Program-made: the position numbers and the translations under genes
The notes under the pieces: generated by a model
The model's input: the letters and a program-made list of their open reading frames with translations, nothing else
Databases searched by the model: none
What the model was told of the DNA's origin: nothing
Source: Octopus sinensis
Taxonomy: Eukaryota
Reading direction: 5' to 3'
NCBI RefSeq assembly: GCF_006345805.1
Contig: NC_043007.1
Span: 66,402,001-66,466,000, forward strand
Length of the DNA: 64,000 nucleotides
Part shown: piece by piece, positions 38,845 to 50,527 of the stretch
How the letters are laid out: every line of letters begins with the position of its first letter
How positions within the stretch are numbered: position 1 is the stretch's first letter

Positions 38845-39000
38845 ACTAGAGCCAATATTTCGCTGTTGACTCACAATCATAATGGCGTTGGTAAGAATTC
38901 TGGGCCGATCGTCGACTTGAATCTTTTTCGACAAGGCACTTCATTTCACGCTGCTCCAGTCTATTTAGCCGTAAATGTGTACCAAGCCGTACCTGATGCT
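38845..39000 (+). mobile_element. Possible old SINE (Deu/Nin-like core)
   Basis: gacaaggcacttcatttcacgctgctccagtctatttagccgtaaatgtgtacc resembles Deu/Nin-domain wording. Single copy here. Confidence 0.35.
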
Positions 39001-39393
39001 CACCCCCTTTCTGTCTTTCTCTCCTTTCTCTCGCTTTCTTGCGCCCCCTCTCTCTTTTCTCTCCTCCCCTATCTCTCTCTTTCTCTCTATCTTTCTATTT
39101 ATAATTCTTTCTAGCTCTCACTTTTAGGTGCCTACATACCAGAACACATAAGTATCTAAACTAATTTGCGAAAGCATGGCACATGTTAGAAAAGCTTACT
39201 CGCTCGTAGGTGACAGATGGATGTAATGTTCTGCTATGCTACAAAGAAAATTAGAGTGAGATAAAAAAAATTAAATATGTAAGATAAATTGTTACAGATA
39301 TATATACATACACACGCACATGCATACATACACATACAAACATACATACATAAATACATACATACACACATATATTATTTATATATGTGTGTG

Positions 39394-39425
<32 letters not shown>

Positions 39426-39714
39426 TGTATGTATGTATGTATGTATGTATGTATGTATGTTACTTATACATGCCTAATAAATGAAACCATTATAGCATAG
39501 ATTCCGGACATGCTTTTACCATTGTTAAAACTTCTTACTGACGAACAAAACTAGAACCAAAAGTATAGAAATAGATATATAACAATTCATTTATGAATAA
39601 TTCAGATATTTCTTATACAACCGCGAACCTCTGTGAGTTCATAACAAAGAGATCTCGTATATGAATCCTTTTTTTATCTACCGAACCTTTATGTGGGAAA
39701 AATATTTTTAAACG

Positions 39715-39872
39715 GTGCAGACATGCCAATGTAGAAAGAAGTTTGCTTCCATAGCACATGGTTCTGGATTCGGTCCCACTGGGAATCACCTTGGAGCCGC
39801 ATGTTGTACTCTAGCCGCAGGCTGATCAAGACCTTGTAAATGGATATGGTAAATGGGAACTGAATAATGTTC
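39715..39872 (+). mobile_element. SINE family A, 5' half
   Basis: cacatggttctggattcggtcccactg...gaccttgtaaatggatatggtaaatgggaactgaa. Confidence 0.7.
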
Positions 39873-40044
39873 ACACTGACTTCGAATTTTGGCCTGCCTA
39901 GTCTTCATTAGCTTTCACCAAAACTCAATCAACAATATTCTTGTAAATTAAATAACTGTTCAGTTCAATGTAAAATTCTTGCATTAAAACGTGAATAAGT
40001 ATAGCATATATGTATATATGTATATATATAAATATATATATATA

Positions 40045-40198
40045 GGAGTGGCCTGAGTGGAGCACTGCCTTTAGTCGAACAAATCGACCCCAGGACTTGT
40101 TCTGTCGGTTTCTTTTGCCGAACTGCTAGGTTACGGGAACGTAAGCACAGCAGAGTCAGATGGCGGAGAGAGAAACACACACACACACATATATACAT

Positions 40199-40238
<40 letters not shown>

Positions 40239-40530
40239 CGGGCTTCTTTCAGTTTTCCTCTACCAAATACACCCACAAGGCTTTGGTCGGACAGAGGCTA
40301 TAGTAGAAGACACTTGCCGAAGGTACCTCGCAGTGCGACTGAACCCGGAACCGTGTGGTTGGGAAGCAAGCTTCTTACAATACGGCCATACGATGGGCTT
40401 CTTTCAGTTTCCGTATACTAAATCCACTCACAAGCCTGGGGATATCGTGGAAGACAGTTGATCCAGGTCTCCCGCAGTGGGACTGAACCCGAAATCATGT
40501 GGTTGGAAAACGAGCTTTTTATCACACAGC
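40045..40530 (-). mobile_element. SINE family A full copy plus adjacent 5' half
   Basis: 40045-40385 is complete; 40390-40530 is a second head and body. Confidence 0.8.
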
Positions 40531-41070
40531 CAAAGTGCATGTATACTCCAATAAGTAGGCGCACAAATTTCCACGTATATATGGATGTGTGTGTCTGTCT
40601 GTGTGCTTGCGGTGTGTGTATGTGTATGTGTGTGTGTATTTATATATGTAAGGGTGCATGTATGTACTTATGATAGTGCATACGTAATGATGTGTATGGA
40701 GTTAGATATGGTTGCGAAGACGTCAATACAAGTTTCAGTACATTCAAATTGACGTCATCACTTTGACGGCCGACTGGTAGCTACATGTACGTCAAAGTAT
40801 GACGCACAATCTGACCAACCCTCAAGCCAGCCAGCCAGCCAGCCAGCTAGCCGACCAGCTCCTTGATAATCTTAGCAGGGGCAATTAACAACACAGTTAT
40901 GTTGATTCATCGTTATCGATATTTGACGATCAGAGTGTGTATCGGTGTGCATCTGTCCACATATTGTTGAAACATACGTGTTTGTGTGCGCGTATGTTTA
41001 TGCGCGCGCGTGTGTATGTGTGTCTGCACGCGCGTATTTGTAGATACACACGCACGCACACACACACATG

Positions 41071-41145
<75 letters not shown>

Positions 41146-41162
41146 GTATATTGTATCATATA

Positions 41163-41403
41163 GGTGCAGGTGTGGCTGTGTGGAAAACAGTTAACTTCTC
41201 AACCATGAGCTTCCGGGTTCAGTGCCACTGCGTGGCACCTTCGTCTGGTGTCTTCTACCATAGTCCACGGCTGACCAAATGCTTGTGAGTGGGCTTGATA
41301 GACAGAAATTGAAAGAAACCCGTTGCGTGTGTATGTATATATATATATATATATACATACATACATACATACATACATACATAATACATACATACATATA
41401 TTC

Positions 41404-41452
<49 letters not shown>

Positions 41453-41700
41453 TTTATACACACACGCACATACACACACACACACACGCATATATATATA
41501 TGCATATATCTATATATATACGCACTTAAGTGTGTGTCTTTGCGTCTGTGTTATCCTAATAACTTAACGGTACGCCAAAAATTCCGATAGAACAAGTACC
41601 AGGCTCTAAAAGATATATTCTGAGACCGGTTCGTTCGACTAAAATTCTTTGAGGCGGAACCCCTGCATGGCCGCAGTCTAATGACTAAACCGAATAAAAT
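41163..41700 (+). mobile_element. SINE family A with expanded central microsatellite
   Basis: Head gtgtggctgtgtgg, body, ~190-bp TA/TACA/CA tract, 3' module. Confidence 0.8.
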
Positions 41701-41709
41701 GATATAGAT

Positions 41710-41741
<32 letters not shown>

Positions 41742-41787
41742 TGTATGTATGTTTGTATGTATGTATGTTTGTATGTATGTATGTATG

Positions 41788-42082
41788 TGATCACGTGACC
41801 GACCAGACCATCAGATGTTACACATCGCTGGTCACAATGCGTTCTCATTGTTTTAGCCTTCGAATGACGTCGCCCCGCTGGCTAAGCGAGCAGGCCAACA
41901 GAAGAAAGAGTGGGAGAAAGAGTGGTGAAAGAGTACAGCAGGGATCACCACCCCCTGCCGGAGCCTCATGGAGCTTTTAGGTGTTTTTGCTCAATAAACA
42001 CTCACAACGCCCAGTCTGAGAATCGAAACTGCGATCCTACGACCGCGAGTCCGCTGCCCTAACCACTGGGCCATTGCGCCTC
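41788..42082 (-). mobile_element. SINE family C, tail type 1, full length
   Basis: Reverse complement of the 21023-21315 type. Confidence 0.9.
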
Positions 42083-42419
42083 ATGTATGTATGTATGTAT
42101 ATATGTATGTATGTTTGTATGTATGTATGTATGTATGTTTGTTTGTTTGTATATATATGGATACAAATGAAGCGGCATATACCGAAAGCACACATGTATG
42201 TATGTTAGTGCAATAGCGACACTCGCACTTATCGTTGTGTTTGTAATTATGGTACTACCCAGGTGTCGAAACCATAGTGATATCTGTGGGGCAGCTGATG
42301 ATGGAGGTATGTTAGACTGTTGGTATGGCTGTTTTTGTATATGTGGAACAATATTATAACACATCCTTTTGATATAATTAATATAAATATATATATATAT
42401 ATTATATATATATATATAT

Positions 42420-42456
<37 letters not shown>

Positions 42457-42489
42457 TACACATATATATATATATATATACATATATAC

Positions 42490-42645
42490 AACGGGCTTCT
42501 TTCAGTGTCCGTCTATCAAATCTGCTCACAAGGCTTTGCTCAGCCCGTGGCTATGTTATAACACACCTGCCCAAGATGCCACGCAGTAAGACTGAATCAG
42601 GAACCGTGTGGTTGGGAACAGCTTCTTACTACACAGCCACGCCTA
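42490..42645 (-). mobile_element. SINE family A, 5' half
   Basis: acgggcttctttcagt...cttactacacagccacgcct. Confidence 0.75.
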
Positions 42646-42779
42646 CATTTCCTTTTTAGGACTGTATCTATCGAATATCAGAGCTTCAGTTTAAGGAAAA
42701 AACAATATACTCGAAGAGATATTTGGAGTCCTACTCTCTTTCAACTGACATAAACCTACGTACATAACGAAAAATATTA

Positions 42780-43420
42780 ACTAGATTATGGTTAGGAGAC
42801 GATAGTTTCCTTTAAGAAGACACCCTCAGATTCCACCACACCTCCAAGCGTTTCAGGAACCTGGCTCATGCGTTTCTCACTAAGTCCATGGAACGATCTC
42901 CGAACAGTTCCATGATACAGGCTACTAGATCAACCTTGATTCTGCTGCAGACATAGCAGATGGTGTCATTATAAGACAGACCTTACACATAAGTAATCCT
43001 TAGAATTACAATCGGAGGAATTAGGTAGCCAGAAATTGCAACTGGGGAAGTTGTAGAAATTCTCCGACTACCAGTTGTGACTCTTTCCGGAAATATGACC
43101 AGGACCCGAATCCTGCTGCCACACATGGCCTTCCAGCTGCAGTCCTCTCCAGCTAGGGATTGACCACAGCCTCAGGTTCACATCTGCCTAAAGCCCTGTT
43201 CAAAGGTGTGGCGTAGCACGACATCACCCTCAACGGAGAAACACCCATAGAGAACTTGGTTTTTCAAGATATGTGTCCATGTCACATTACGACTTTTACA
43301 GTGTTTGCAGAGTATTGGGTAGCAGTCATACTATGTGCATTCTGGTACCCGGTACTGATCTTGATACAGGTAAATCTTTTCCTATATTGAGAGGACTTCC
43401 TGTCTTCCATGTCAGCTAAC
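42780..43420 (-). mobile_element. Decayed LINE-like fragment (possibly L1/Tx1 C-terminus)
   Basis: GC-richer non-simple block with remnants such as SRIKVDL...FLKRLEVWW. An internal piece recurs inverted at 44691-44775. Confidence 0.3.
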
Positions 43421-43583
43421 TCTTGCCCAAATACGATTTTAGTAATTATTCTCTCCAACGCTGTTCACCGCCTTAATCAAACTGATCCTGGAAAAAGGAG
43501 ATATACATTTAACCCGAACACCCTGTATGCACACACACATATCCATGTTTACATCCAAGAATCTACCTATGATTATTTGAGCG

Positions 43584-43631
<48 letters not shown>

Positions 43632-43659
43632 CTGTGTGTGTGTGTGTGTGTGCGTGTGT

Positions 43660-43702
<43 letters not shown>

Positions 43703-44437
43703 TATGTATGTATGTATATATATATTCTATGTATGCAGGAATGTGCATTTCAGCATGTATAAGCATGCGCCTATGGAGCTATGAGGGAACTATAGGTATT
43801 CATATATATATATAGGTGCATAAGTGTGTATAGGTATATATGATGTGTATGTGAGTGTGTATGTGTGTCTTACTACAATGTCTGTAAACAATGTAACCTG
43901 TGTATGAATGTGTGGGTCTGAGTGTGCACGCGCGCGAGCGTGCGGGTATGTGTGCGCGTGTGAGCAAGAAGAGTGCGTGCCAGATTAGTGTGTGAGCGTG
44001 CGGCCAAGATTAGTACTGAGGTGTATAAAAAGGTGTGCATGTGCTTATATGATGTATGTGCATGTGCGTATGACATTAAGCGTGAATCATATTCATAAAT
44101 GGAAGTACATCTACGCGCATATGCGCGTGTGCCTTCGTATGTGTAGGTGCAAGATAGTAGGAATATGTGTGTGTGTACGTAAAGAGGGGGAGGGGCTATA
44201 ATATAGACAATCGGTGGTGGACATAATGACGTCATTCTCAAATGAAAGGTAGGCAGAAATCATTTTAGTGTCGCTTAATAATGGTATTGTGGGGAAATGG
44301 ATATGTGTGTGTTTGTGTGTGTGGTTGTGTTGTGTGTAAATGTGTGTCTGATGTATGTATATATGTGTGTATATAGATACGAACATTTGTATATGTATGT
44401 GTGTGTGTGTATATATACATAAATATATACACACATA

Positions 44438-44478
<41 letters not shown>

Positions 44479-44772
44479 TATATACAGGTATGTATATATG
44501 CATGTATATATATATGTACATATATATATTTCTTTACTACCACAAGGGGCTAAATATGTACATATATATGTGTGTGTATGTGTGCGTGCGTGTTTGAGAT
44601 TGTGCGCGTGTGGGTGAGAGTAGGAAGAAGAGATGGTAGGTGTGAATATATGACTAAATACTGTGATTAACATCAATTCAGGTAGCTGTGAACCTGAGGC
44701 TGTGGTCAATACCTGGCAGGAGAGGATTGCTGCTGGAAGGCCATGTGTGGGAGCAGAATTCGACTCCTGGTC

Positions 44773-44804
<32 letters not shown>

Positions 44805-45289
44805 ATGTGAGTGTTATGTGTATATATATAATATATATATATATATAATACATATATATGTATTTATATATACATTGTTGTGGTATATATCAATATATAT
44901 ATGTGTATGTGTGTGCGTGCGTAGGTGTGCTCGGGTGTGAGAGAAAGAGAGAGGGAGGAAAGATGGAGAGTGAATACGTGACTGTGAGACATATACATGC
45001 CTCATTAGAAGTAGAAATAACGTAACACTATATCTATTACTTCGATCTTGAGATGAATCATTCTGATTCAGGGAAATCACTTACTCATATTTCCCTTCTT
45101 TCTCTCTCTCTCTCCTCTCTCTCTCTTTATCTGTCTATCTATCTCTGTGCCCCCTCTCTTTCTCTCTTGCTTGCACACTCTATTTCTTTTGCTCCCGTCA
45201 CTCTTGATCTGTCAAATGGACAAAGAGATAAGCTTGCAAAGGCACGTATACGAAGTTACACAGTTTAGCTATATTATATATGTTTTCAT

Positions 45290-45745
45290 TTTGGAGTGGC
45301 TTTGTGGTACGACGTTTGATTCCCAATCACATGTTTCCGGGTCCAATCCCACTGTGTGACTGACGCCTTGGGCAAGTGTCTTCTGCTATAACCTAGGGCC
45401 GACCAAAGCCTTGTGAGTAGGACCTGGTAAACGAAAACTGAAAGAAACCTGTCATGCGTATATTTATATATATATATATATATATAGTATATATCATATA
45501 TATATATATATATATGGTTTGTATGCGTATCTTTGTGTCTTGTTTGTCTCCTCTACTTCTGCTTGGCAAACGGTGTTGGTGTATTTACGTCACTGTAGCA
45601 TAGCAGTTAGGCAAAAATAGACCGATAGAATAAGTACCAGGCATTAAAATAAAAATAAGGACTGGGGTTGATTCGTTTGACTAAATTTTTTTCAAAGTGG
45701 TGCCCCAGCATGGCCACAGTGAGATAACTGAAACAAGTAAAAGAT
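45290..45745 (+). mobile_element. SINE family A, full length
   Basis: All modules present. Confidence 0.85.
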
Positions 45746-45767
45746 TATTATTATTTTTGTAGTTAGA

Positions 45768-45978
45768 GCAGCGAGCTGACAGAATTGTTAGCACGCTGGA
45801 CGAAGTGCTTAGCAGTATATCTCCAGTCGCTCAAATTGAGTTCAAACTCTGCCGAGGTCGACTTTGCCTTTCATCCTTTCGGGGTCGATAAATTAAGTAC
45901 CAGTTGAGTACTGGGGTCGTGGCAATCGACTACCCCACCTCCGCCAAATTTCAGGCCTTGTTCCTATAACAGACCTGG

Positions 45979-46052
<74 letters not shown>

Positions 46053-46118
46053 GACTTTGCCTTTCATCATTTTGGAGTTAATGAATTAAGTACCAAAATT
46101 TGAGGCCTTGTGCCTTTA
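45768..46118 (+). mobile_element. SINE family B with (ATT)n tail plus a second core fragment
   Basis: gcgagctgacagaattgttagcac head, core, aatttcaggccttg tail. Confidence 0.88.
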
Positions 46119-46300
46119 GTAGGAAGGACTACTACTACTACTACTACTACTACTACAAATAATAATGATAATACTTTTCTGCTCTAGGCACAAGGTCCGA
46201 AATTTGGTGGGAGGGGGCCAGTCTATTACTACTAATACTACTACTATAATGACTGAATAGGTTCATTACTAGATACGCTGCTCTCCCTTTCTCACGTGTA

Positions 46301-46560
46301 CGAGGGCGATAACCTGAGGTATTGCACTCGTGATCGCAAGATCGTGGTTTCGATTCTCGTACAGGGGAGTACGTTGTGTTCTTGAGAAAAACACATTGTT
46401 TTATGTTTCTCGGCGATCACTTCGACATCTGACGTATAGCAGCACATCGAGTATCAGTAGAGGCGATGTCGACTTAATGGAGAGACTGAGCTACCCGTAC
46501 AACGCAAACGTTAGATCACAATGTGTGACAAAGACATCAATAATTGCTCAAAGTGAATAA
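46301..46560 (+). mobile_element. tRNA-headed SINE, family E (single copy here)
   Basis: C-like head gcactcgtgatcgcaagatcgtggtttcgattctc (B-box), followed by a body unrelated to A, B or C. Confidence 0.5.
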
Positions 46561-46999
46561 TTAATGAATGCCAACATATGAATGTATTTATCTAACTATG
46601 CGTTTATACATGCATGTATTTATATTTGTATAAACTAAGGAATATGTGTAGACACAGACATGGCTTAGTAATTAAGAAGTTCCTTTTGTTGTCATGTGGT
46701 GTTGTGTTGGATCCCAGTGCGAGTTATCTTCGGATCGTCTTTACCACAGCCTCGTGTCACTACAAACTTTGTGAATGAAACTGGGCGAATGGAGATTATA
46801 TGGAGACCCGTCGGACGGAACGTGCCGGTATTTCAAAATTCCAGTGTTATCACAATAGCCCACGGATTTGGTTTGAGAATTACATTACAAATACATGTAT
46901 CTGCAGATACTCAGTGCAGACACATTAGTTTTGAGTCGGATGTTTTGTTGGCAGAACAATTGACTATTCATCGTCAAAAGTTAAGGAGGATCCATCGCT

Positions 47000-47038
<39 letters not shown>

Positions 47039-47131
47039 CTTATCAGATAATTTGCTTATCTGTCTATCAGCTATGAATGCCTAAAGGCTGATGTTTGTCG
47101 ATTGATTATCCCCTCCATTTTCTTATTTACC

Positions 47132-47167
<36 letters not shown>

Positions 47168-47284
47168 CGAGAGAGAGAGAGACGAGACGATAAGAAAGTG
47201 GAGAAATAAACAACAATGCGAAGTGGATCTTTGATGTTATAAAGCCATTATTTAATTAATTAAGATGAAAGTAAGTTAGAGCAA

Positions 47285-47361
47285 GTTTACAGCTGTTTCC
47301 GTATATCAGGCTGGGATAAATATGTATTCACCTCGTTGCAATTGATAGACATCATCAGAAC
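47285..47361 (-). ncRNA. Type-I hammerhead ribozyme motif in inverted pLTR
   Basis: Minus strand reads gtt-CTGATGA-tgtctatca-(34 nt)-tgatatacg-GAAA-C-agct-GTA-aac. Helix III is the palindrome ACAGCTGT. Confidence 0.55.
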
Positions 47362-47659
47362 GAAAAAGGCAAAGATAAATAAAAAGAGAATAGAGAGAAA
47401 GAAAGTGTAAGGAAAAAGCAGGAAAAAGAAAATGTTCAATAATTCGATTGTCTTACATTTTAGTTAGGTTCAAATTACCTGCTACCGTATACCTTATAAC
47501 AAGTACCATAGATACTGAGGTAATTACCAAGAGTGACTGTGGATCCATCTATCCCTTAGATGGTTTTAATACCTCTAACTTATATCTTACATAACATATA
47601 TGTTTCTGACTAAGAAGTCTTAGCCAGGCATAAAGCAGGCACATACTTGGTAAATAGAG

Positions 47660-48400
47660 CAAATAACAATAGAAGCATCTTTAAAAGATACACCGATTCC
47701 ACCTAAGAATGTATATCTAAAAGAAGTATCTAACAAATTAACCGACTTCACCCACCGCTTACGACAGAAAGCCTTATTTCATGATAAAAACAACCAAGCA
47801 GAGACGGCGTACCACCATAGCAGCAATGACGTTACCAAAGGCGTTTTCAAAACTAGGAAAACACCCCCACGAAACAGCCACTTGGACGACTTTGAAAACG
47901 AAATATAGGATACTATTAAGAAAATACAATTAAAATGACACCCTCTAAGGAATAGTATCTACCAAAAAACCTAAAAGATCTACTATATAAACTGAAATTG
48001 CAAAAGGAAATTATTGTACACTCTGATAAAGCCAGTAATTCATACATTTTGGATATTAATTTATACTACTAGCTGTTGCATAAAGAAATTACAAAAAAAA
48101 AATACAAAATAGCACCCAATAACACTTTAAGATCTATGAACTTAGCAACCAAGAACATTATGACAAACTACAATATACAGGAGAAAACCGAACCTTTCGT
48201 ACCTTCCAGGCCCCGCATAACAATAAAGGACCATAAACCAAATTTCTTAACAGATACGAAAGTTAGATTAAAATGCCCCAATAACTCAGATCTATGTAAA
48301 TTAAGTAAACTAATATTAGATAAATATATACCTAAAATAAAGAATATGATAGCCCTAGAACTATGATCCAAATGAAGCCTTAAACTGGTTCTCCAAAATA
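47660..48400 (+). pseudogene. PLE reverse-transcriptase N-terminal region (stops and frameshifts)
   Basis: Includes ORF-track peptide 48076-48366 with ITIKDHKPNF. Confidence 0.75.
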
Positions 48401-49253
48401 TAGAACAAGAAAAACTACAAGTATAGCATTAGCAATAAGCGCAGTGAGCTCTGTATAAACGAAAAACTATTTTAATGGCCAAATTACTTCTACTTAATAG
48501 GAGACATGAAAATAATATTTTTTGTTTGCGTAAAGGCTATACGTATTCTCAAAGTATCGATAACCCCACTTTATCCTTATACCGCTATCCCTTATTTTAG
48601 ATGTTATTAGCGAACCCACTTAATCTCGTTTTACCCCCTTTAACCTTCCTACATACTAATTAGCCTACTTAACTCCAACTCACATTATAAATTAATTACT
48701 GAACTTTATAGTTACTCTACATACTACGCTAGCTTACTATTTTCCTATGATTTAATTTATGTTGAGAGCTAGACTACCAAATCTTTTTACACGCGATAAA
48801 TTTCCCCTTTCGATCTTATCATTTTTCTATGCACTCTTCAAACCTATTCAATATTCTGGTACATAGTCCATTTACATTCTATAGCGTACAGATTCTAGAG
48901 GTAAACTTTACCCTTATATTACGACCTCCATCGAAAATATACGAACTAACTTACAACCTATAAATTAATGTCACATACGTCCATAGAACTACACCGAATA
49001 TCCTCAATAGCGATAACTCCCTGAGACTACACTGGCGGTCAACTAACCGAACCTACGGACACGTATAAGCTATGTTGATAACTAATTATTCAGATTCAAC
49101 TAACTCACTTCTCATCTATCCTACAACTGATTTATTGAACTTTGAACCTAACAAAAATATAAGACTATCGAATTATTGAACATTTTCTTTTTCCTGTTTT
49201 TTCCTTGCACTTTCTTTCTCTCTATTCTCTTTTTATTTATCTTTGCCTTTTTC

Positions 49254-49330
49254 CTTCTGATGATGTCTATCAATTGCAACGAGGTGAATACATATTTACT
49301 CCAGCCTGATATAAGGAAACAGCAGTAAAC
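49254..49330 (+). ncRNA. Hammerhead motif, degraded copy in downstream pLTR
   Basis: CTGATGA (49257) ... GAAACAGCAGTA. The helix III palindrome and helix I are mutated relative to 47285-47361. Confidence 0.4.
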
Positions 49331-49576
49331 TTACTCTAACTTACTCGTATCTTAATTAATTAAATAATGGCTTTATAATACCAAAGATCCACTTTTCATT
49401 GTTATTTATTTCTCCATTGTCTTATCGTCTTTATATACATTAAACTACGGTTTACCTTTTAAATTACCTACTACCGTATACCTTATAACAAGGACCATAC
49501 ATACTGAGGTAATTACCAGGAGCCTGTGGATACATCTATCCCTTAGATGGTTTTAATATCTCTAACTTATATCTTA

Positions 49577-49582
49577 TATACT

Positions 49583-49638
<56 letters not shown>

Positions 49639-49778
49639 CATATCTATACAACATACATATATACATACATATATATCATACATATATATATATATATCTT
49701 ATATATACATATATTATATATATATATACATATACATACATAATACATACATACATCATACATACAACCATACATAAT

Positions 49779-49851
<73 letters not shown>

Positions 49852-49868
49852 TATAATATTTATATATT
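49577..49868. repeat. (TA)n/(TACA)n microsatellite block
   Basis: Direct inspection. Confidence 0.95.
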
Positions 49869-49870
49869 GG

Positions 49871-50185
49871 TTATATTTCGGAATGGTCATTTTGCCAGTT
49901 TAGCCAATAAAAACACACGCCCTATATATTTGGTGTTACTTTGCTTCAGTGTTACTTATTTTTTACATTAATCTTAATCTTATTTCGGCCAGAGTTCTTT
50001 CGTCACACTCCTGTGACCGCATCAGTGGTCCTTTGTTTTCTTCTTTCTTATTTGTATCTCTCCTTACTAACCGTCAGATTAAGATTAATGTAAAAAATAA
50101 ATAACACTGAAGCAAAGTAACACCAAATATATAGTGCGTGTGTTTTTATTGGCTAAACTGGCAAAATGACCATTCCGAAATATAA
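49871..50185. mobile_element. Fold-back element: 110-bp arms with 2 mismatches around a 95-bp spacer
   Basis: 49871-49980 is the reverse complement of 50076-50185 except at 2 positions. Inserted in TA-rich microsatellite. Confidence 0.9.
49987..50030 (-). ncRNA. Minimal hammerhead-like motif, CUGAUGC core variant
   Basis: Minus strand reads gacca-CTGATGC-g-GTCAC-aggagt-GTGAC-GAAA-G-aa-CTC-tggcc. A9 is replaced by C. Confidence 0.4.
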
Positions 50186-50250
50186 TAATATCTGTTTCAA
50201 CACACGACTTCACATAAAAAATCTTGCACAACAATATATAAACGTATATA

Positions 50251-50315
<65 letters not shown>

Positions 50316-50334
50316 TCTGTTATAGGCAGAATAT

Positions 50335-50527
50335 CTGAATTTGGGGGGAAAAGGGTTTGTCAATGATATCGGCAACAGTGCTAAACTGATTCTTATTTTA
50401 TCTGCCCCGTTAAGGTGAAGAAACAAAAATAATTGACCCCGAAGGAATTTGAACTCAAAATGTAAAGCCGAAAAAAATGCCTCTCAGCATGTTTCCAGCA
50501 TGCAAGCGATTCTGGCGACTCGCCGCC
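50335..50527 (-). mobile_element. SINE family B
   Basis: gaaggaatttgaactcaaaatgtaaag...gattctggcgactcgccgcctt. Confidence 0.7.

Larger units (their letters stand above)
47185..49576 (+). mobile_element. Penelope-like retroelement remnant with inverted partial pLTR
   Basis: 264-bp inverted repeat (47185-47448 / 49167-49430) and ~117-bp direct repeat (47472-47589 / 49461-49576). ORF remnant with PIPPKNVYLK..K...F..RLRQKA, DKASN, ITIKDHKPNF...RL..P..S.L..LSK.ILD. Both flanks are TA tracts. Confidence 0.8.
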
